NCBI GenBank assembly: GCA_963720545.1
Contig: OY970399.1
Span: forward strand, 3,200,001 to 3,264,000
DNA: 64,000 nt
Direction: 5' to 3'
Source: an uncultured Acidobacteriota bacterium
GTDB lineage: Bacteria; Acidobacteriota; Vicinamibacteria; Fen-336
The notes beneath the pieces were generated by a model that was not told where the DNA came from, searched no databases, and was given only the letters and a program-made list of their open reading frames with translations. The position numbers and the translations under genes are program-made. Position 1 is the first letter of the stretch. Each line of letters starts with the position of its first letter. Positions 43,931 to 54,470 of the stretch are shown one piece after another.

Positions 43931-46726
43931 ATGTCCACTCATCCCGTCGAGAGCGGGAGAACCGAGCGCAGGGCCGCCACGGCAGCCGAGCGACGCAAGC
44001 TGAACTTCAAGCGGCATTTCACCAGGCCCGGCCGGAGTCCGTACGACGAGGTTGTGTGGGAGACGCGGTCCGCCGTCATCAACGACGAGAAGGGCAAGCC
44101 GGTGTTCGAGCAGCACGACATCGAAGTGCCGGTGTCGTGGAGCCAGACGGCCACCAACATCGTGGCCTCCAAATACTTCCGCGGCCAGATGGGCACGCCG
44201 GAGCGCGAGAAGAGCGTCCGCGGCCTCATCGGCCGCGTCGCCGACACCATCGTCGGCTGGGCGAAGGCGCAGGGATATTTCGCGACCGCCGAAGACCTGC
44301 AGGCGTTCAGCGACGAGCTGACACACCTGCTCCTCGAGCAGAAGGCCGCCTTCAACTCTCCTGTGTGGTTCAACGTCGGCGTCGAGGCGCGTCCGCAGGC
44401 CTCCGCCTGCTTCATCAACTCGGTGCAGGACACGATGGATTCCATCCTCGGCCTCGCCAAGACCGAAGGCATGCTCTTCAAGTTCGGCTCGGGCACCGGC
44501 TCCAACCTGTCCACCATCCGCTCCTCCAAGGAACATCTCGCGGGCGGCGGCACCGCGTCGGGTCCGGTCTCGTTCATGCGCGGCTACGACGCGTTTGCCG
44601 GCGTCATCAAGAGCGGCGGCAAGACGCGCCGCGCCGCCAAGATGGTGATCCTCAACATCGACCATCCCGACGTCGAGGAGTTCATCACCAGCAAGGCCGA
44701 TGAAGAGCGCAAGGCGTGGGCGCTGATCGACGCCGGCTACGACGGCGCCTTCAACGTGCGCGGCGGCGCCTACGACTCGGTGTTCTTCCAGAACGCCAAC
44801 CACTCGGTGCGCGTCACCGACGAGTTCATGCGCGCGGTGGTCGAGGACAAGCCGTGGCAGACGCGCTTCGTCCTCAAGGAGCGCGTCGCCGAAACCTTCC
44901 AGGCGCGCGACCTCATGAAGAAGATGGCGGAAGCGGCCTGGCAGTGCGGCGACCCCGGGATGCAGTACGACACCACCATCAACGACTGGCACACGTGTCC
45001 GAACACGGCGCGCATCAACGCCAGCAACCCGTGCTCCGAATACATGTTCCTCGACGACACGGCCTGCAACCTGGCCTCGCTCAACCTCATGAAGTTCCGC
45101 CGCGAGGATGGCGAGTTCGACACCGAAGCGTTCCAGGCCGCGTGCCGCACGCTCATCACCGCGCAGGAAATCCTGGTGGACAACGCCAGCTACCCGACGC
45201 CGGCGATCGAGCGCAACAGCCACGACTTCCGGCCGCTCGGCCTCGGCTACGCCAACCTCGGCGTGCTGCTCATGGACCGCGGCCTGCCTTACGACTCCGA
45301 TGCCGGCCGCAGCTTCGCGGCCGCCATCACCGCCCTGATGCACGGCGAGGCCTACGCGCAGAGCGCGCGGGTGGCGGCAGCCATGGGCCCGTTCGCGGGC
45401 TACGCGGTGAACGCCGAGCCGATGCTGAAAGTCATCGACAAGCACCGCCAGCACGCCCACAAGATCGACGAGAACCTGGTGGCGAAAGACCTGCTGCGCG
45501 CGGCGCTCGACGTCTGGGACGAGACCTACGCGCTCGGTGTGCAGCACGGCTATCGCAACAGCCAGGTCACCGTGCTGGCGCCCACCGGCACCATCGGCTT
45601 CATGATGGACTGCGACACCACCGGCATCGAGCCGGACATCGCGCTCGTCAAGTACAAGAAGCTGGTCGGCGGCGGCATGATCAAGATCGTCAACCAGTCG
45701 ACGCCCGGCATCCTCAAGAAGCTCGGCTACGGCGGCGGCCAGGTGGAGGACATTGTCAAGTACATCGACGAGCGCGAAACCATCGAAGGCGCGCCGCACC
45801 TGAAGGACGAGCACCTCGCGGTGTTCGACTGCGCCTTCCCGCCGGCGAACGGCAAGCGCACCATCCACTACATGGGCCACATCAAGATGATGGCGGCGGT
45901 GCAGCCGTTCCTCTCGGGCGCCATCTCCAAGACGGTCAACATGCCGACCGACGCCACGCCCGACGAAATCTCGAATGCCTACCTCGAGTCGTGGCGCATG
46001 GGCCTCAAGGCGGTGGCCGTCTACCGCGACGGCTGCAAGCGCAGCCAGCCGCTCAGCACCAGCAAGGACGAGGGCAAGACCGCGGTCGTTGCGGCGGCGG
46101 ATGGCGCCATGGTCCCTCTCGAAGGCGGTGTGATGCCGGCGCGGCGCAAGCTGCCCGACGAACGCCACTCCATCACCCACAAGTTCTCGATTTCCGGCCA
46201 CGAGGGCTACATCACGGCCGGCATGTACGAGGACGGCAAGCCCGGCGAGATCTTCGTGGTGATGGCCAAGGAAGGCTCCACCATCTCCGGCGTGATGGAC
46301 GCGTTCGCCACCTCCATCTCGATGGCGCTGCAGTACGGCGTGCCGCTGGAGGCGCTGGTCGAGAAGTTCGCGCACGTGCGCTACGAGCCGTCCGGCTTCA
46401 CCACCAACCCGGAGATCCCGTTCGCCAAGAGCATCACCGACTACATCTTCCGGTGGCTCGCGTCGAAGTTCCTCAGCACCGAGGCGCAGGAGGCGGTGGG
46501 CAACCAGGTGTCGGCCAAGCCGAAGAACGAGATCTCCTCGGCCAGCGTTCGCGAAGGCGCCGCGGCGGTTTCGCACCACACGGCTCCGGTGACAACGAGT
46601 TCTGCGCCCTCGGCGTTCAAGAGCCAGCTCGATGCACCGTCTTGCCACTACTGCGGCAGCATTATGACCCGCAACGGCAGCTGCTACCGCTGCGCCAACT
46701 GCGGCTCCACCAGTGGCTGCTCCTGA
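43931..46726 (+). CDS. nrdJ: Vitamin B12-dependent (class II) ribonucleotide reductase
   Basis: FNSPVWFN, QASACFI, NPCSE, APTGTI, ISKTVN, YRDG; C-terminal CHYC...CANC...GCS; GGAGG RBS. Confidence 0.96.
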   Translation: MSTHPVESGRTERRAATAAERRKLNFKRHFTRPGRSPYDEVVWETRSAVINDEKGKPVFEQHDIEVPVSWSQTATNIVASKYFRGQMGTPEREKSVRGLIGRVADTIVGWAKAQGYFATAEDLQAFSDELTHLLLEQKAAFNSPVWFNVGVEARPQASACFINSVQDTMDSILGLAKTEGMLFKFGSGTGSNLSTIRSSKEHLAGGGTASGPVSFMRGYDAFAGVIKSGGKTRRAAKMVILNIDHPDVEEFITSKADEERKAWALIDAGYDGAFNVRGGAYDSVFFQNANHSVRVTDEFMRAVVEDKPWQTRFVLKERVAETFQARDLMKKMAEAAWQCGDPGMQYDTTINDWHTCPNTARINASNPCSEYMFLDDTACNLASLNLMKFRREDGEFDTEAFQAACRTLITAQEILVDNASYPTPAIERNSHDFRPLGLGYANLGVLLMDRGLPYDSDAGRSFAAAITALMHGEAYAQSARVAAAMGPFAGYAVNAEPMLKVIDKHRQHAHKIDENLVAKDLLRAALDVWDETYALGVQHGYRNSQVTVLAPTGTIGFMMDCDTTGIEPDIALVKYKKLVGGGMIKIVNQSTPGILKKLGYGGGQVEDIVKYIDERETIEGAPHLKDEHLAVFDCAFPPANGKRTIHYMGHIKMMAAVQPFLSGAISKTVNMPTDATPDEISNAYLESWRMGLKAVAVYRDGCKRSQPLSTSKDEGKTAVVAAADGAMVPLEGGVMPARRKLPDERHSITHKFSISGHEGYITAGMYEDGKPGEIFVVMAKEGSTISGVMDAFATSISMALQYGVPLEALVEKFAHVRYEPSGFTTNPEIPFAKSITDYIFRWLASKFLSTEAQEAVGNQVSAKPKNEISSASVREGAAAVSHHTAPVTTSSAPSAFKSQLDAPSCHYCGSIMTRNGSCYRCANCGSTSGCS

Positions 46727-46730
46727 CAGC

Positions 46731-46761
46731 GTGAGAAGCGCCGGCTGACGGCGCTTCTCAC
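46731..46761 (+). terminator. 13-bp perfect hairpin after nrdJ (terminator-like)
   Basis: GTGAGAAGCGCCG-gctga-CGGCGCTTCTCAC; weak U-tract. Confidence 0.6.
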
Positions 46762-46784
46762 TTCATCCTGACGGCCGCAGACTG

Positions 46785-49184
46785 ATGCGTCCGCCGCGAG
46801 CGCGGGATTTTCTTCTCGCGCTCGTTTTCTTTTTGCTGCACGCTTTGGCGCGCGAGGTAGACGGGGCACTCGGCGCCCTGCTGCACACGAGCGTCGACGT
46901 ACCGTCGGTGCTCATCCACCTGCCGCAAGCCTTCGCTCCAGCGGCCGGGGTGCGCATCGCGGCGTGGCTTGCTGCCGGCGTCCTGGGAGCGTTGTGGGTG
47001 GCTTCTGTCGAGCGCCCCCCGGCCCCTCGCGGGGTTGCAACGGCATTTGCGCCGCTCTTGTTGCGCTGTGTCATCACCGCGCTGGCCCTTGCGAGCGTGG
47101 CGCTGCGGCCGCACTATCCCTACGCCTTCACCTTGCCGGTCGCGCTCACGCAGGATCTCGGCCGGGCGCAGGATGCCGCGGCGCTTGCGGCGTTCCTGGC
47201 GGCACGGCCCTGGGGGTCCTTCGCGTTTCTCCGCCGGCTGCGCGCGCCGTCGCCTCTCGTTCTCGGTGTGGTCGCTTTCCTGCTGTTCGCCGCGTTCGTG
47301 CCACCGTCGATGCGCAGCTACGACGGGCACACCGGCAACGAGCCCAAGACGCTGCGCATGGCGGTGACACTTGGGCTGCGCGGCAGCCTCGACGTCGAGG
47401 GCATCGACCAGCCGATGGAGCAGGTCGCCGCGCGCCCCCTGGCCGCGAACCTGCGCTCTGCCGCGGCATCGCTGGGCCGGGAGACGTTCGCCATGGTGCG
47501 CGCCGCGCTGCCGGGCGGCGCCGGGCTCGGCCGTGACGCGCTCGCCGCCTCCCGCCTGTCTCGGCAGACGGTGACCGGGAAGGACGGCGGCGCTTTTCAC
47601 GTGCTGGCGCCCGGACCCTCTCTGCTGCTGGCGCCGCTGTTGCGCGCCGATCGGGCGCTGAACCTGTGGCGCGGCACGCCGGGCGGCCTGGCGCTGACCC
47701 TATGCGCCTGGTTCGCGATGTCGGCGCTCATCGTCTCGCTGATGCAACGGACCATGCGTGAACTGGGTACAGGTGCCGTGGCGGCCGCGCTGACGGCGGC
47801 GCTCGGCGCGCTGCTGCCGCCGCTCGTCTTCTTCTGGTACCAGTTCTATCCGGAGAGCCTGGGTGCCCTGGCGTTCCTCTGGATCGCACGGCGCCTGTTT
47901 CTCGTGGGCCGGCTCGATGACGATCGCGGCGGTGCCTTGTGGCAGCTCGCGTTCGTGATCGCGGCCATGCCGTGGCTGCACCAGAAGTTCCTCGCGGTGT
48001 GGGTCGCCCTCATCGTTGTGGCGGTGGGGAAGGCCGTGCACGACCTTGTTTCGTGGCGGACGGTCGCGGTGCTGCTGTGGCCGCAGGCGCTCTCGGCGTT
48101 CGCGTATGCGCTCTATAACTTTGCGATCACCGGCAGCGCTCGTCCCGACGCGCTGTTCCTCGCCTGGGGGCCGGGCGGCATCTCCAGCGCGCGCCTCGGC
48201 CTCGGCCTGTTCGGCCTGCTGTTCGACGCACGCTATGGCCTGCTGCCGTACGCGCCCTTCCTCCTGCTGGCGCCCGCCGGCGTCGTGCTCCTGTGGCGCT
48301 GCCGTTCGCCGATGCTCTTCATGCTGTTCCCGGCGGCCGTCTACTTCGTGACGGTCGCGTCGGCCAACAACTGGGCCGGCTCCATCTGCAACCTCGGCCG
48401 CTTCATGCTGGTGCTCGTACCGCTGATGGTGGTGGCCGCCGGGGTCGTCCTCGGTCATGTCGCGAAGGACCCCGGCCGCGTGGCCGTGTGCCTGGCGCTC
48501 GCGCTCTGGAGCCTGCTCTTCGCGCATGGACTGTGGCACGATCCTGAGGGCCTCAACGACTGTGCCGTGTTCCTGCGCGGCAGCGCCTACGCCGACGGCA
48601 ACGTCTACATCCCGAACTTGTGGCTGCCCGGCTGGAACAGCGCCACGCCGGCCCTGTTCGTTCGTCTGGCCGCCTGGCTCGCCGCCACCTTGGCGCTGAG
48701 CGGGTGGCTACTCCACGGCCATGATTCGCATCCCCGTCCCTATCGAATCATGGCCGTTTTCCTGGGCGTCACCCTCGCGCTCACCTTCCTACTCGAATTC
48801 ACTGGTTCGTTCCGCTCGTCCCCGATCTACGAAGACGCTCTTGCTTGGAGCGATGCTGACCCTGCGACCGCCACGGATCTCGTCTTCGTCGAAGGCGCCA
48901 CCGTCCACCGCGGACAGAACGCCATGGCACCCGCCGCCGGCGAAGTCCGCTTCCTGGTGCGCTCCCGCCGGCCGCTCGTACAACTGCCGCTGCTCGTGTT
49001 TGGCGACGGCCACGCCGCGTCGCGCGCCGGCTACTCGCAGCTGCGTCCCGCCGGCGTGCCGCTGAACGTGCCGCTCGAGTCGTTCGCGACACTGCGCGGC
49101 CGCGACGGCAACGAAGAGACGCTTTCGCGCGGTACGCTGCGCCTTCTTGCCGCGGCGCCGGTCAGCCTCGAAGTGCGCCGCTAG
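46785..49184 (+). CDS. Large polytopic membrane protein, GT-C/PMT-like
   Basis: Many TM helices; GNEPK acidic loop motif, QFYPE, PWLHQK, GLLFDARYGLLPYAP. Confidence 0.6.
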   Translation: MRPPRARDFLLALVFFLLHALAREVDGALGALLHTSVDVPSVLIHLPQAFAPAAGVRIAAWLAAGVLGALWVASVERPPAPRGVATAFAPLLLRCVITALALASVALRPHYPYAFTLPVALTQDLGRAQDAAALAAFLAARPWGSFAFLRRLRAPSPLVLGVVAFLLFAAFVPPSMRSYDGHTGNEPKTLRMAVTLGLRGSLDVEGIDQPMEQVAARPLAANLRSAAASLGRETFAMVRAALPGGAGLGRDALAASRLSRQTVTGKDGGAFHVLAPGPSLLLAPLLRADRALNLWRGTPGGLALTLCAWFAMSALIVSLMQRTMRELGTGAVAAALTAALGALLPPLVFFWYQFYPESLGALAFLWIARRLFLVGRLDDDRGGALWQLAFVIAAMPWLHQKFLAVWVALIVVAVGKAVHDLVSWRTVAVLLWPQALSAFAYALYNFAITGSARPDALFLAWGPGGISSARLGLGLFGLLFDARYGLLPYAPFLLLAPAGVVLLWRCRSPMLFMLFPAAVYFVTVASANNWAGSICNLGRFMLVLVPLMVVAAGVVLGHVAKDPGRVAVCLALALWSLLFAHGLWHDPEGLNDCAVFLRGSAYADGNVYIPNLWLPGWNSATPALFVRLAAWLAATLALSGWLLHGHDSHPRPYRIMAVFLGVTLALTFLLEFTGSFRSSPIYEDALAWSDADPATATDLVFVEGATVHRGQNAMAPAAGEVRFLVRSRRPLVQLPLLVFGDGHAASRAGYSQLRPAGVPLNVPLESFATLRGRDGNEETLSRGTLRLLAAAPVSLEVRR

Positions 49185-50560
49185 GCGCTGGCGCCTTCGT
49201 TTCGACCGTAGCCGGTGGTCACCGCGATTGCCACTGCGGCGAGCAAGAACCATGAATAGAAGTTGTGGACGCCGATGGCGCCGGCGGAGAGGTGCGGCAT
49301 GCCCGCCGCCGCGCCAGCAGCCGTGGTGCCCGCGGCGAGGATCGTCGGCAGGAAGTACGGGAACAGGAACGGGTACGTGCACACCGTCATGTCGAGCAGG
49401 TTGGCGCGGCGATACGCCGAGATGCCGAAGCGCTCGCCGGTGGCGCGCGTGAACGGGCCGACGGCGAGCATGGCGACGACGCTGTGGGTGGTGAGCAGCA
49501 CCGCTCCGGAGACGGCGCCGACGATCCACAGTTCGGCGCCGCGCGGCGAGCGCGTGCGCGCGGCCGCGAACGCGACGAGACGCGGCAGCGTCTCGGTTGC
49601 CTGCAGGCTCGCCACCAGGCCGGCGAGGAACAGCGTGAACACGGAAACGCCGACGCCGCGCTCGAGGCCCTCGACCAGCACGCCGCGCCCGCCGAACTGG
49701 CTGCGGTCCACGTGGAAGAGGGCGCCTGGCGAAACCAGGCCGAGGGCCAGCGACACCACGACTGCGAGCAGGATGCCAAGCAGCAAGCCCTCGACCAGGT
49801 GGCGCTTGTTGAGCAACATCGCGACCACGAACACCGGCACGACCACGAGCGGCAGGCCGCGGTGGCTGGCCAGCGTGCCAACGACGCCGCCCGCTGATGC
49901 GCTTCCGGACGTGCCGCCGAACGCCGCGTAGATCGCGAGCGCGGCGAACGCAGCCGGCAACGCGTACTTCATGCGGCTGCGCACCACGCCGCCGATGTCG
50001 GCGCCCTGCGTGCCCGCGGACGCGATGGTGGTGTCGGAGATGGGCGAGAGGCTGTCGCCGAAGGTCGCGCCCGCGAGGATCCCGCCGGCGAGCCACACTG
50101 CGCTGGCGCCGAGCGCACCGCCCGCCGGGTAGAGGAGCGGACCGCAGATGAGGATGGTGCCGAAGCTGGTGCCGGTGGACATCGACACCAGGCAGCACGC
50201 GGCAAACGCCGCGCACACGTAGCCGGCCCCGGTCAGGTGCAGGCTCTGTGCCGCCCAGACGAGCGCCTCGACGAATCCCGCGGCTGCCAGCAGCGCGCTG
50301 AGGGCACCCGACAGCAGCCACGCCAGGATCATGATCATCACGATCGGCTGGCTCATGCCGTCGATGAGCGTTTCGCAATAGCGGGTGCGATCGCGCGCCA
50401 GCAGCAGGCCGAGGATGAGCGCCGCAAGCAGCACCGGCCACAGGCCGCGCTCATCGGGCGCGCCCGTGAGGCCGAGCCAGGCGACCCCGGCCACGAACAA
50501 CAGAAAGGGCACCAGCGAGCCCGGGATGCCGAGATGGAAACGGAGCGGTGGCGATGCCAA
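49181..50560 (-). CDS. NhaC-family transporter
   Basis: STGTSFGT, GATFGDSLSPISDTT motifs; start TTG 50560 inferred. Confidence 0.85.
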   Translation of the reverse strand: MASPPLRFHLGIPGSLVPFLLFVAGVAWLGLTGAPDERGLWPVLLAALILGLLLARDRTRYCETLIDGMSQPIVMIMILAWLLSGALSALLAAAGFVEALVWAAQSLHLTGAGYVCAAFAACCLVSMSTGTSFGTILICGPLLYPAGGALGASAVWLAGGILAGATFGDSLSPISDTTIASAGTQGADIGGVVRSRMKYALPAAFAALAIYAAFGGTSGSASAGGVVGTLASHRGLPLVVVPVFVVAMLLNKRHLVEGLLLGILLAVVVSLALGLVSPGALFHVDRSQFGGRGVLVEGLERGVGVSVFTLFLAGLVASLQATETLPRLVAFAAARTRSPRGAELWIVGAVSGAVLLTTHSVVAMLAVGPFTRATGERFGISAYRRANLLDMTVCTYPFLFPYFLPTILAAGTTAAGAAAGMPHLSAGAIGVHNFYSWFLLAAVAIAVTTGYGRNEGASA

Positions 50561-50581
50561 GGGCGCGGCTATGCTACCGCG

Positions 50582-50941
50582 ATGAAGAAGGCCGCCGCCC
50601 GCGACTCGTTCACGCTCTACGACCTGCGGGTCGAGGTGGTTGCAACGCCGGGCCGGCGCATGGTGTGCAACCATCGCGCGGGCGACTCCTTCACGCTCTC
50701 TGGCGAGAACCTGTCGCTGCCGCCGGGCCAGACGTTCCCCATCTACCCGCTCGCGGCGCTGCTGCCGCTGCTCACCGCCAAGCAGCGCCCCACGCACCGC
50801 AACGACTGGATGACGACCGATGCGCTCATCGCTTGCCCCGACCCGCACTGCGGCGGCCGGTTCCGCATCGTGCGCATCCGCCGCCGGCGCTTCCGCCACG
50901 CCGAAGTCTCGGCCGTGCCGCTGCGGGCGAAACGCCGTTGA
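50582..50941 (+). CDS. TIGR04076-family small Cys-containing protein
   Basis: LYDLRVEV...CNHRAGDSF...LLPLL.AKQR...IACPDPHCG pattern. Confidence 0.75.
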   Translation: MKKAAARDSFTLYDLRVEVVATPGRRMVCNHRAGDSFTLSGENLSLPPGQTFPIYPLAALLPLLTAKQRPTHRNDWMTTDALIACPDPHCGGRFRIVRIRRRRFRHAEVSAVPLRAKRR

Positions 50942-50943
50942 AG

Positions 50944-51972
50944 ATGCAACGCATTGCGCTGGCGCCCGGCTACGAGGTCTCGCGCATCGTCAAGGGCTCG
51001 TGGCAGCTCGCCGGCGGTCATGGTGCCGTTGACGCGGACGCCGCCATCGCGGACATGCGCCTCTACGCCGAGGCCGGCATCACCACCTTCGATTGCGCCG
51101 ACATCTACACCGGCGTCGAGGAGCGCATCGGCGCCTTCCGCGCCGCATACCCGCGGCTCGCGCAGGACGTGCAGGTGCACACCAAGTACGTCCCGGACCT
51201 CGGCGACCTGCATGGCCTCGACGCGCGCGCCATCGAAGCCGCCATCGACCGCTCGCTGCGCCGGCTGCGCGTGGACATGCTCGACCTCGTGCAGTTCCAC
51301 TGGTGGGACTACGATGCGCCCGGTTATCTGGCTGCGGCGCAGGTGCTCGGCGAGCTGCGCCAGAAGGGCAAGATCCGCAACGTCGGCGCCACCAACTTCG
51401 ATACCGGCCACTTGGGCGAGCTGCTGGATGCCGGTGTGCCGATCGTCTCCCATCAGGTGCAGTACTCCCTCCTCGACCGCCGTCCCGCGGCGGCGATGAC
51501 GGCGCTGTGCCGCGAGCGCGGCGTGGCGCTCATCGCCTACGGCGCCGTCCTCGGCGGCTTCTTCGCGGAACGCTGGCTCGGCGCCGCGGCGCCGCACGAA
51601 CCGCTCGAGAACCGGTCGCTCGTGAAGTACCGGCTGATCATCGAGGAGTTCGGCGGCTGGGCCGCGTTTCAGGAGGTGCTGCGACTAGCCGCGGACATCG
51701 GCCGCAAGCATTCGGTGTCGGCCGCGGCCGTGAGCATCGCCTGGACGCTCGCGCAGCCCGCGGTCGCGGCGGTGATCGCCGGCGCCCGGCACCGCCGCCA
51801 TCTCGACGACACGCTGGCCACCGGTTCCGTCCGCCTCGACGCGCACGACCTGCAGGTCCTGGGAGATGCGGCAGCCGCCGCGCCCGGACCCTCGGGCGAT
51901 ACCTACGCCCTCGAGCGCGTCGCGGGCGGGCGCCACGCGCGCATCATGAAGACCGGGTTGAACGCCTCTTAG
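50944..51972 (+). CDS. Aldo/keto reductase
   Basis: FDCADIY, TK, SLRRL..D.LDLVQFHW, GKIRNVGATN, QVQYSLLDR. Confidence 0.92.
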   Translation: MQRIALAPGYEVSRIVKGSWQLAGGHGAVDADAAIADMRLYAEAGITTFDCADIYTGVEERIGAFRAAYPRLAQDVQVHTKYVPDLGDLHGLDARAIEAAIDRSLRRLRVDMLDLVQFHWWDYDAPGYLAAAQVLGELRQKGKIRNVGATNFDTGHLGELLDAGVPIVSHQVQYSLLDRRPAAAMTALCRERGVALIAYGAVLGGFFAERWLGAAAPHEPLENRSLVKYRLIIEEFGGWAAFQEVLRLAADIGRKHSVSAAAVSIAWTLAQPAVAAVIAGARHRRHLDDTLATGSVRLDAHDLQVLGDAAAAAPGPSGDTYALERVAGGRHARIMKTGLNAS

Positions 51973-52855
51973 GGTCTTTCTCGTTCTGCGGCGCCTTCTC
52001 GAACCAGCGCGGCCCGGAGGTGTACTCCTCTTCACTCTGCCGCAGCTGCACCAGCGCCTTCTTCGGCCGCACCTGCGCACAAGCAACCAGGATGCCGTTC
52101 AGCAGCGCCATCGGCGCCGCGTACGAACCGGCGAAGGAATCGCCGCCGATCGGCGCCAGCAGGTAGCTGTCGGACTTGCGCGCGATCGCGGTGGTGTCGC
52201 TGTCGGTGATGCCGAAGGTCGGCACGCGCTGGGCGCTGGCGCGCTCGACCGCCAGCACCGTCTCGCGCAGGCAACGCCCGAAGCTGATGGCGATGAGCAG
52301 GTCCTTGGGCGTCAGGATGCGCACCTTGTGGTGCAGGTTGCCCGAGCTCGGCACCGGCGCCTCGATGTTGAAGCCGAGCGGCAGGAGCCCGTAGGCAAGG
52401 AACCAGGCGAGCGAGTGCGCGATGTCGGCGCCCACCACCAGCACCCGCCGCGAGGCGTGGATGCGGCGCGCGAGCGCCAGGAACGCGTTCGGGTCGAGCA
52501 CCGCGCGCAGCGCCTCGATGTTGGCCACGTCCTTGTCGATGCTGTGGCTGATGTGGTCGGCGGCGCTGCGCCGCTCGCGCACGCTCGCCTCGAGGATGCG
52601 GTAGGGCGTGATGCGCGAGACGAAGTGCGCGCGCAGGTCGGCGGCGAAGTCGGCGTAGCGCTTGTAACCGAGCGCCTGGATGGTGCGCACGATGGTCGCG
52701 GGGTCCACCTTGTAGCGCCGCGCCAGCGCCCGCGACGACAGGAAGTAGGTTTCGTCGGGCGACTCGAGGGTGCGGTGGATGAGGCGCCGCCGTCCGGGGC
52801 TCAGCTTGTCGCCGGCCTGCGCCAGGCGGCTCTCGATCGTAGTGCTCGCGGCCAT
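51944..52855 (-). CDS. MurR/RpiR-family transcriptional regulator
   Basis: HTH LARRYKVDPATIVRTIQALGY plus SIS domain (LIAISF, GITD). Confidence 0.88.
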   Translation of the reverse strand: MAASTTIESRLAQAGDKLSPGRRRLIHRTLESPDETYFLSSRALARRYKVDPATIVRTIQALGYKRYADFAADLRAHFVSRITPYRILEASVRERRSAADHISHSIDKDVANIEALRAVLDPNAFLALARRIHASRRVLVVGADIAHSLAWFLAYGLLPLGFNIEAPVPSSGNLHHKVRILTPKDLLIAISFGRCLRETVLAVERASAQRVPTFGITDSDTTAIARKSDSYLLAPIGGDSFAGSYAAPMALLNGILVACAQVRPKKALVQLRQSEEEYTSGPRWFEKAPQNEKDPKRRSTRSS

Positions 52856-53005
52856 TGGAGGTTCCTGACGGGCCAGTTTTTGGGGCTTGGTCCGCGGGAT
52901 GTTAACCCAAACATTCATTGGAACGATCGGCGCCGCACCCGCGTAGGGCTGTTGACGGTACGCCCGCGGGCTTCGACTAACATGGAGGGCTTCGAGGAGC
53001 GATAG

Positions 53006-53527
53006 ATGATGCGCATGCGACTTGAGCCGGTCCTGTTGTCGTTGCTGGTCGTAAGCGCCGCCGCAGCACCAATGGCGCGCGCCCAGGCGGCCGACCCCCA
53101 TGACCACGCCGCGGGGGAGCCCACACCGGGGCCGGCGCCCGGCGAACAGATCAAGGACTTCTCGGTGCAGACGCTCACCGGCAGCACCCAGCCGGTGGTC
53201 ATCTCCAAGACCCAGCCCACGGTGATCCTGTTCTTCTCGTCGGGCTGCCCGGTGTGCCGGCGCATGCTGCCGATCTGGAACGAGCAGCTCACGAAGAAGC
53301 CGAAGAACCTCACCGTCCTCGGCCTGCTCACCGACCGCGAGCCACCGGAGTTCTTCAACATGTTCCCGGTCAGCTTCCCGGTGGTGCGCGCCTCGCGCGA
53401 GCTGATGGCGAGCTTCAAGGTGGCGCGCGTGCCGATGACCATCCGCATCAAGCCCGGCGGCATCGTCGAGTCCACGGCGGTCGGCATCCTCGACCCGATC
53501 AAGCTCGGCGAGATGTTCCGCCCCTAG
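53006..53527 (+). CDS. Exported thioredoxin-like (TlpA/redoxin) protein
   Basis: Signal peptide; FFSSGCPVC motif; VP cis-Pro. Confidence 0.8.
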   Translation: MMRMRLEPVLLSLLVVSAAAAPMARAQAADPHDHAAGEPTPGPAPGEQIKDFSVQTLTGSTQPVVISKTQPTVILFFSSGCPVCRRMLPIWNEQLTKKPKNLTVLGLLTDREPPEFFNMFPVSFPVVRASRELMASFKVARVPMTIRIKPGGIVESTAVGILDPIKLGEMFRP

Positions 53528-53528
53528 C

Positions 53529-54467
53529 GTGGCAGACACCGACACCGAGCTCGTCGCGTTCGATGCGCTGGGCGTCAGCTACGGAGCCCACCCGGCTCTG
53601 GCATCGGTCACCGGGACGTTCGGCAACGGCGCCACTGGCCTCCTCGGGCCGAACGGCGCCGGCAAGACGACGCTGCTGAAGACGCTGCTCGGTTTCCTCA
53701 CGCCGTCCACCGGCAGCGTGCGCGCCTTCGGCATCGACCCGGTGCGCGCCCCGCTCGAGGTGCGCCGGCGCATCGGCTACATGCCCGAGTCCGACTGCCA
53801 CATTCCCGGAATGACGGCGAGCGCCTTCGTTGCCTTTGCCGGCGAGCTCTCCGGCATGCCGCGCGGCGACGCCATCAGCCGCGCCCACGAGGTGCTCTAT
53901 TACGTCGGCCTCGAGGAGGCGCGCTACCGCACCGTCGACACCTACTCGGCGGGCATGAAGCAGCGGGTCAAGCTGGCGCAGGCGCTCGTCCACGACCCCG
54001 ACCTGCTGCTGCTCGACGAGCCGACGAACGGGCTCGACCCGAATGGACGCGACGAGATGCTGGCCCTCATCGTGGACATCCGCGACCGCCGGCAGATGAA
54101 CCTGGTGCTGTGCTCGCACCTGCTGCGCGACGTCGAACAGGTCTGCGACCGCGTCATCGTCTTCAACCAGGGCAAGGTGGCGGCGGCCGGGCGCATCGCC
54201 GACCTCACCGGACCGCGGCGCGCGGCGTTCGACGTGCGGGTGAAGGGCGAGATGACGGCGCTGCTCACCGACCTCAAGGACAGCGGCTGCGAGTGGAGCG
54301 AGGGCGAGGACGGCTACCGCATCTTCGTGCCCGAGGGGCAGGGAGCCGAGCTCATCTTCCGCACCGCCGCCGAGTGCTCGGTGCAGGTGCGCTACCTGCG
54401 ACCCGGCAACGAAACCCTCGAGGACGTGTTCCTGCGCGCGCTCGACGACGGCACGCCGGCGGCCTGA
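53529..54467 (+). CDS. ABC transporter ATP-binding protein
   Basis: GPNGAGKT, YSAGMKQR, LLLDEP. Confidence 0.95.
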   Translation: MADTDTELVAFDALGVSYGAHPALASVTGTFGNGATGLLGPNGAGKTTLLKTLLGFLTPSTGSVRAFGIDPVRAPLEVRRRIGYMPESDCHIPGMTASAFVAFAGELSGMPRGDAISRAHEVLYYVGLEEARYRTVDTYSAGMKQRVKLAQALVHDPDLLLLDEPTNGLDPNGRDEMLALIVDIRDRRQMNLVLCSHLLRDVEQVCDRVIVFNQGKVAAAGRIADLTGPRRAAFDVRVKGEMTALLTDLKDSGCEWSEGEDGYRIFVPEGQGAELIFRTAAECSVQVRYLRPGNETLEDVFLRALDDGTPAA

Positions 54468-54470
54468 ACG

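Noticed and set aside
43889..46648. 919-aa antisense ORF over nrdJ, and similar long shadow ORFs (21623-25432, 25433-30631, 5901-8519, 9890-11923, 61574-63562)
   Set aside because: Mirror frames of GC-rich genes with strong codon bias; no motifs, and the opposite frame has clear family signatures
43931..46726. Intein or intron in nrdJ
   Set aside because: Core motifs are contiguous and the length is ordinary; no splice motifs seen
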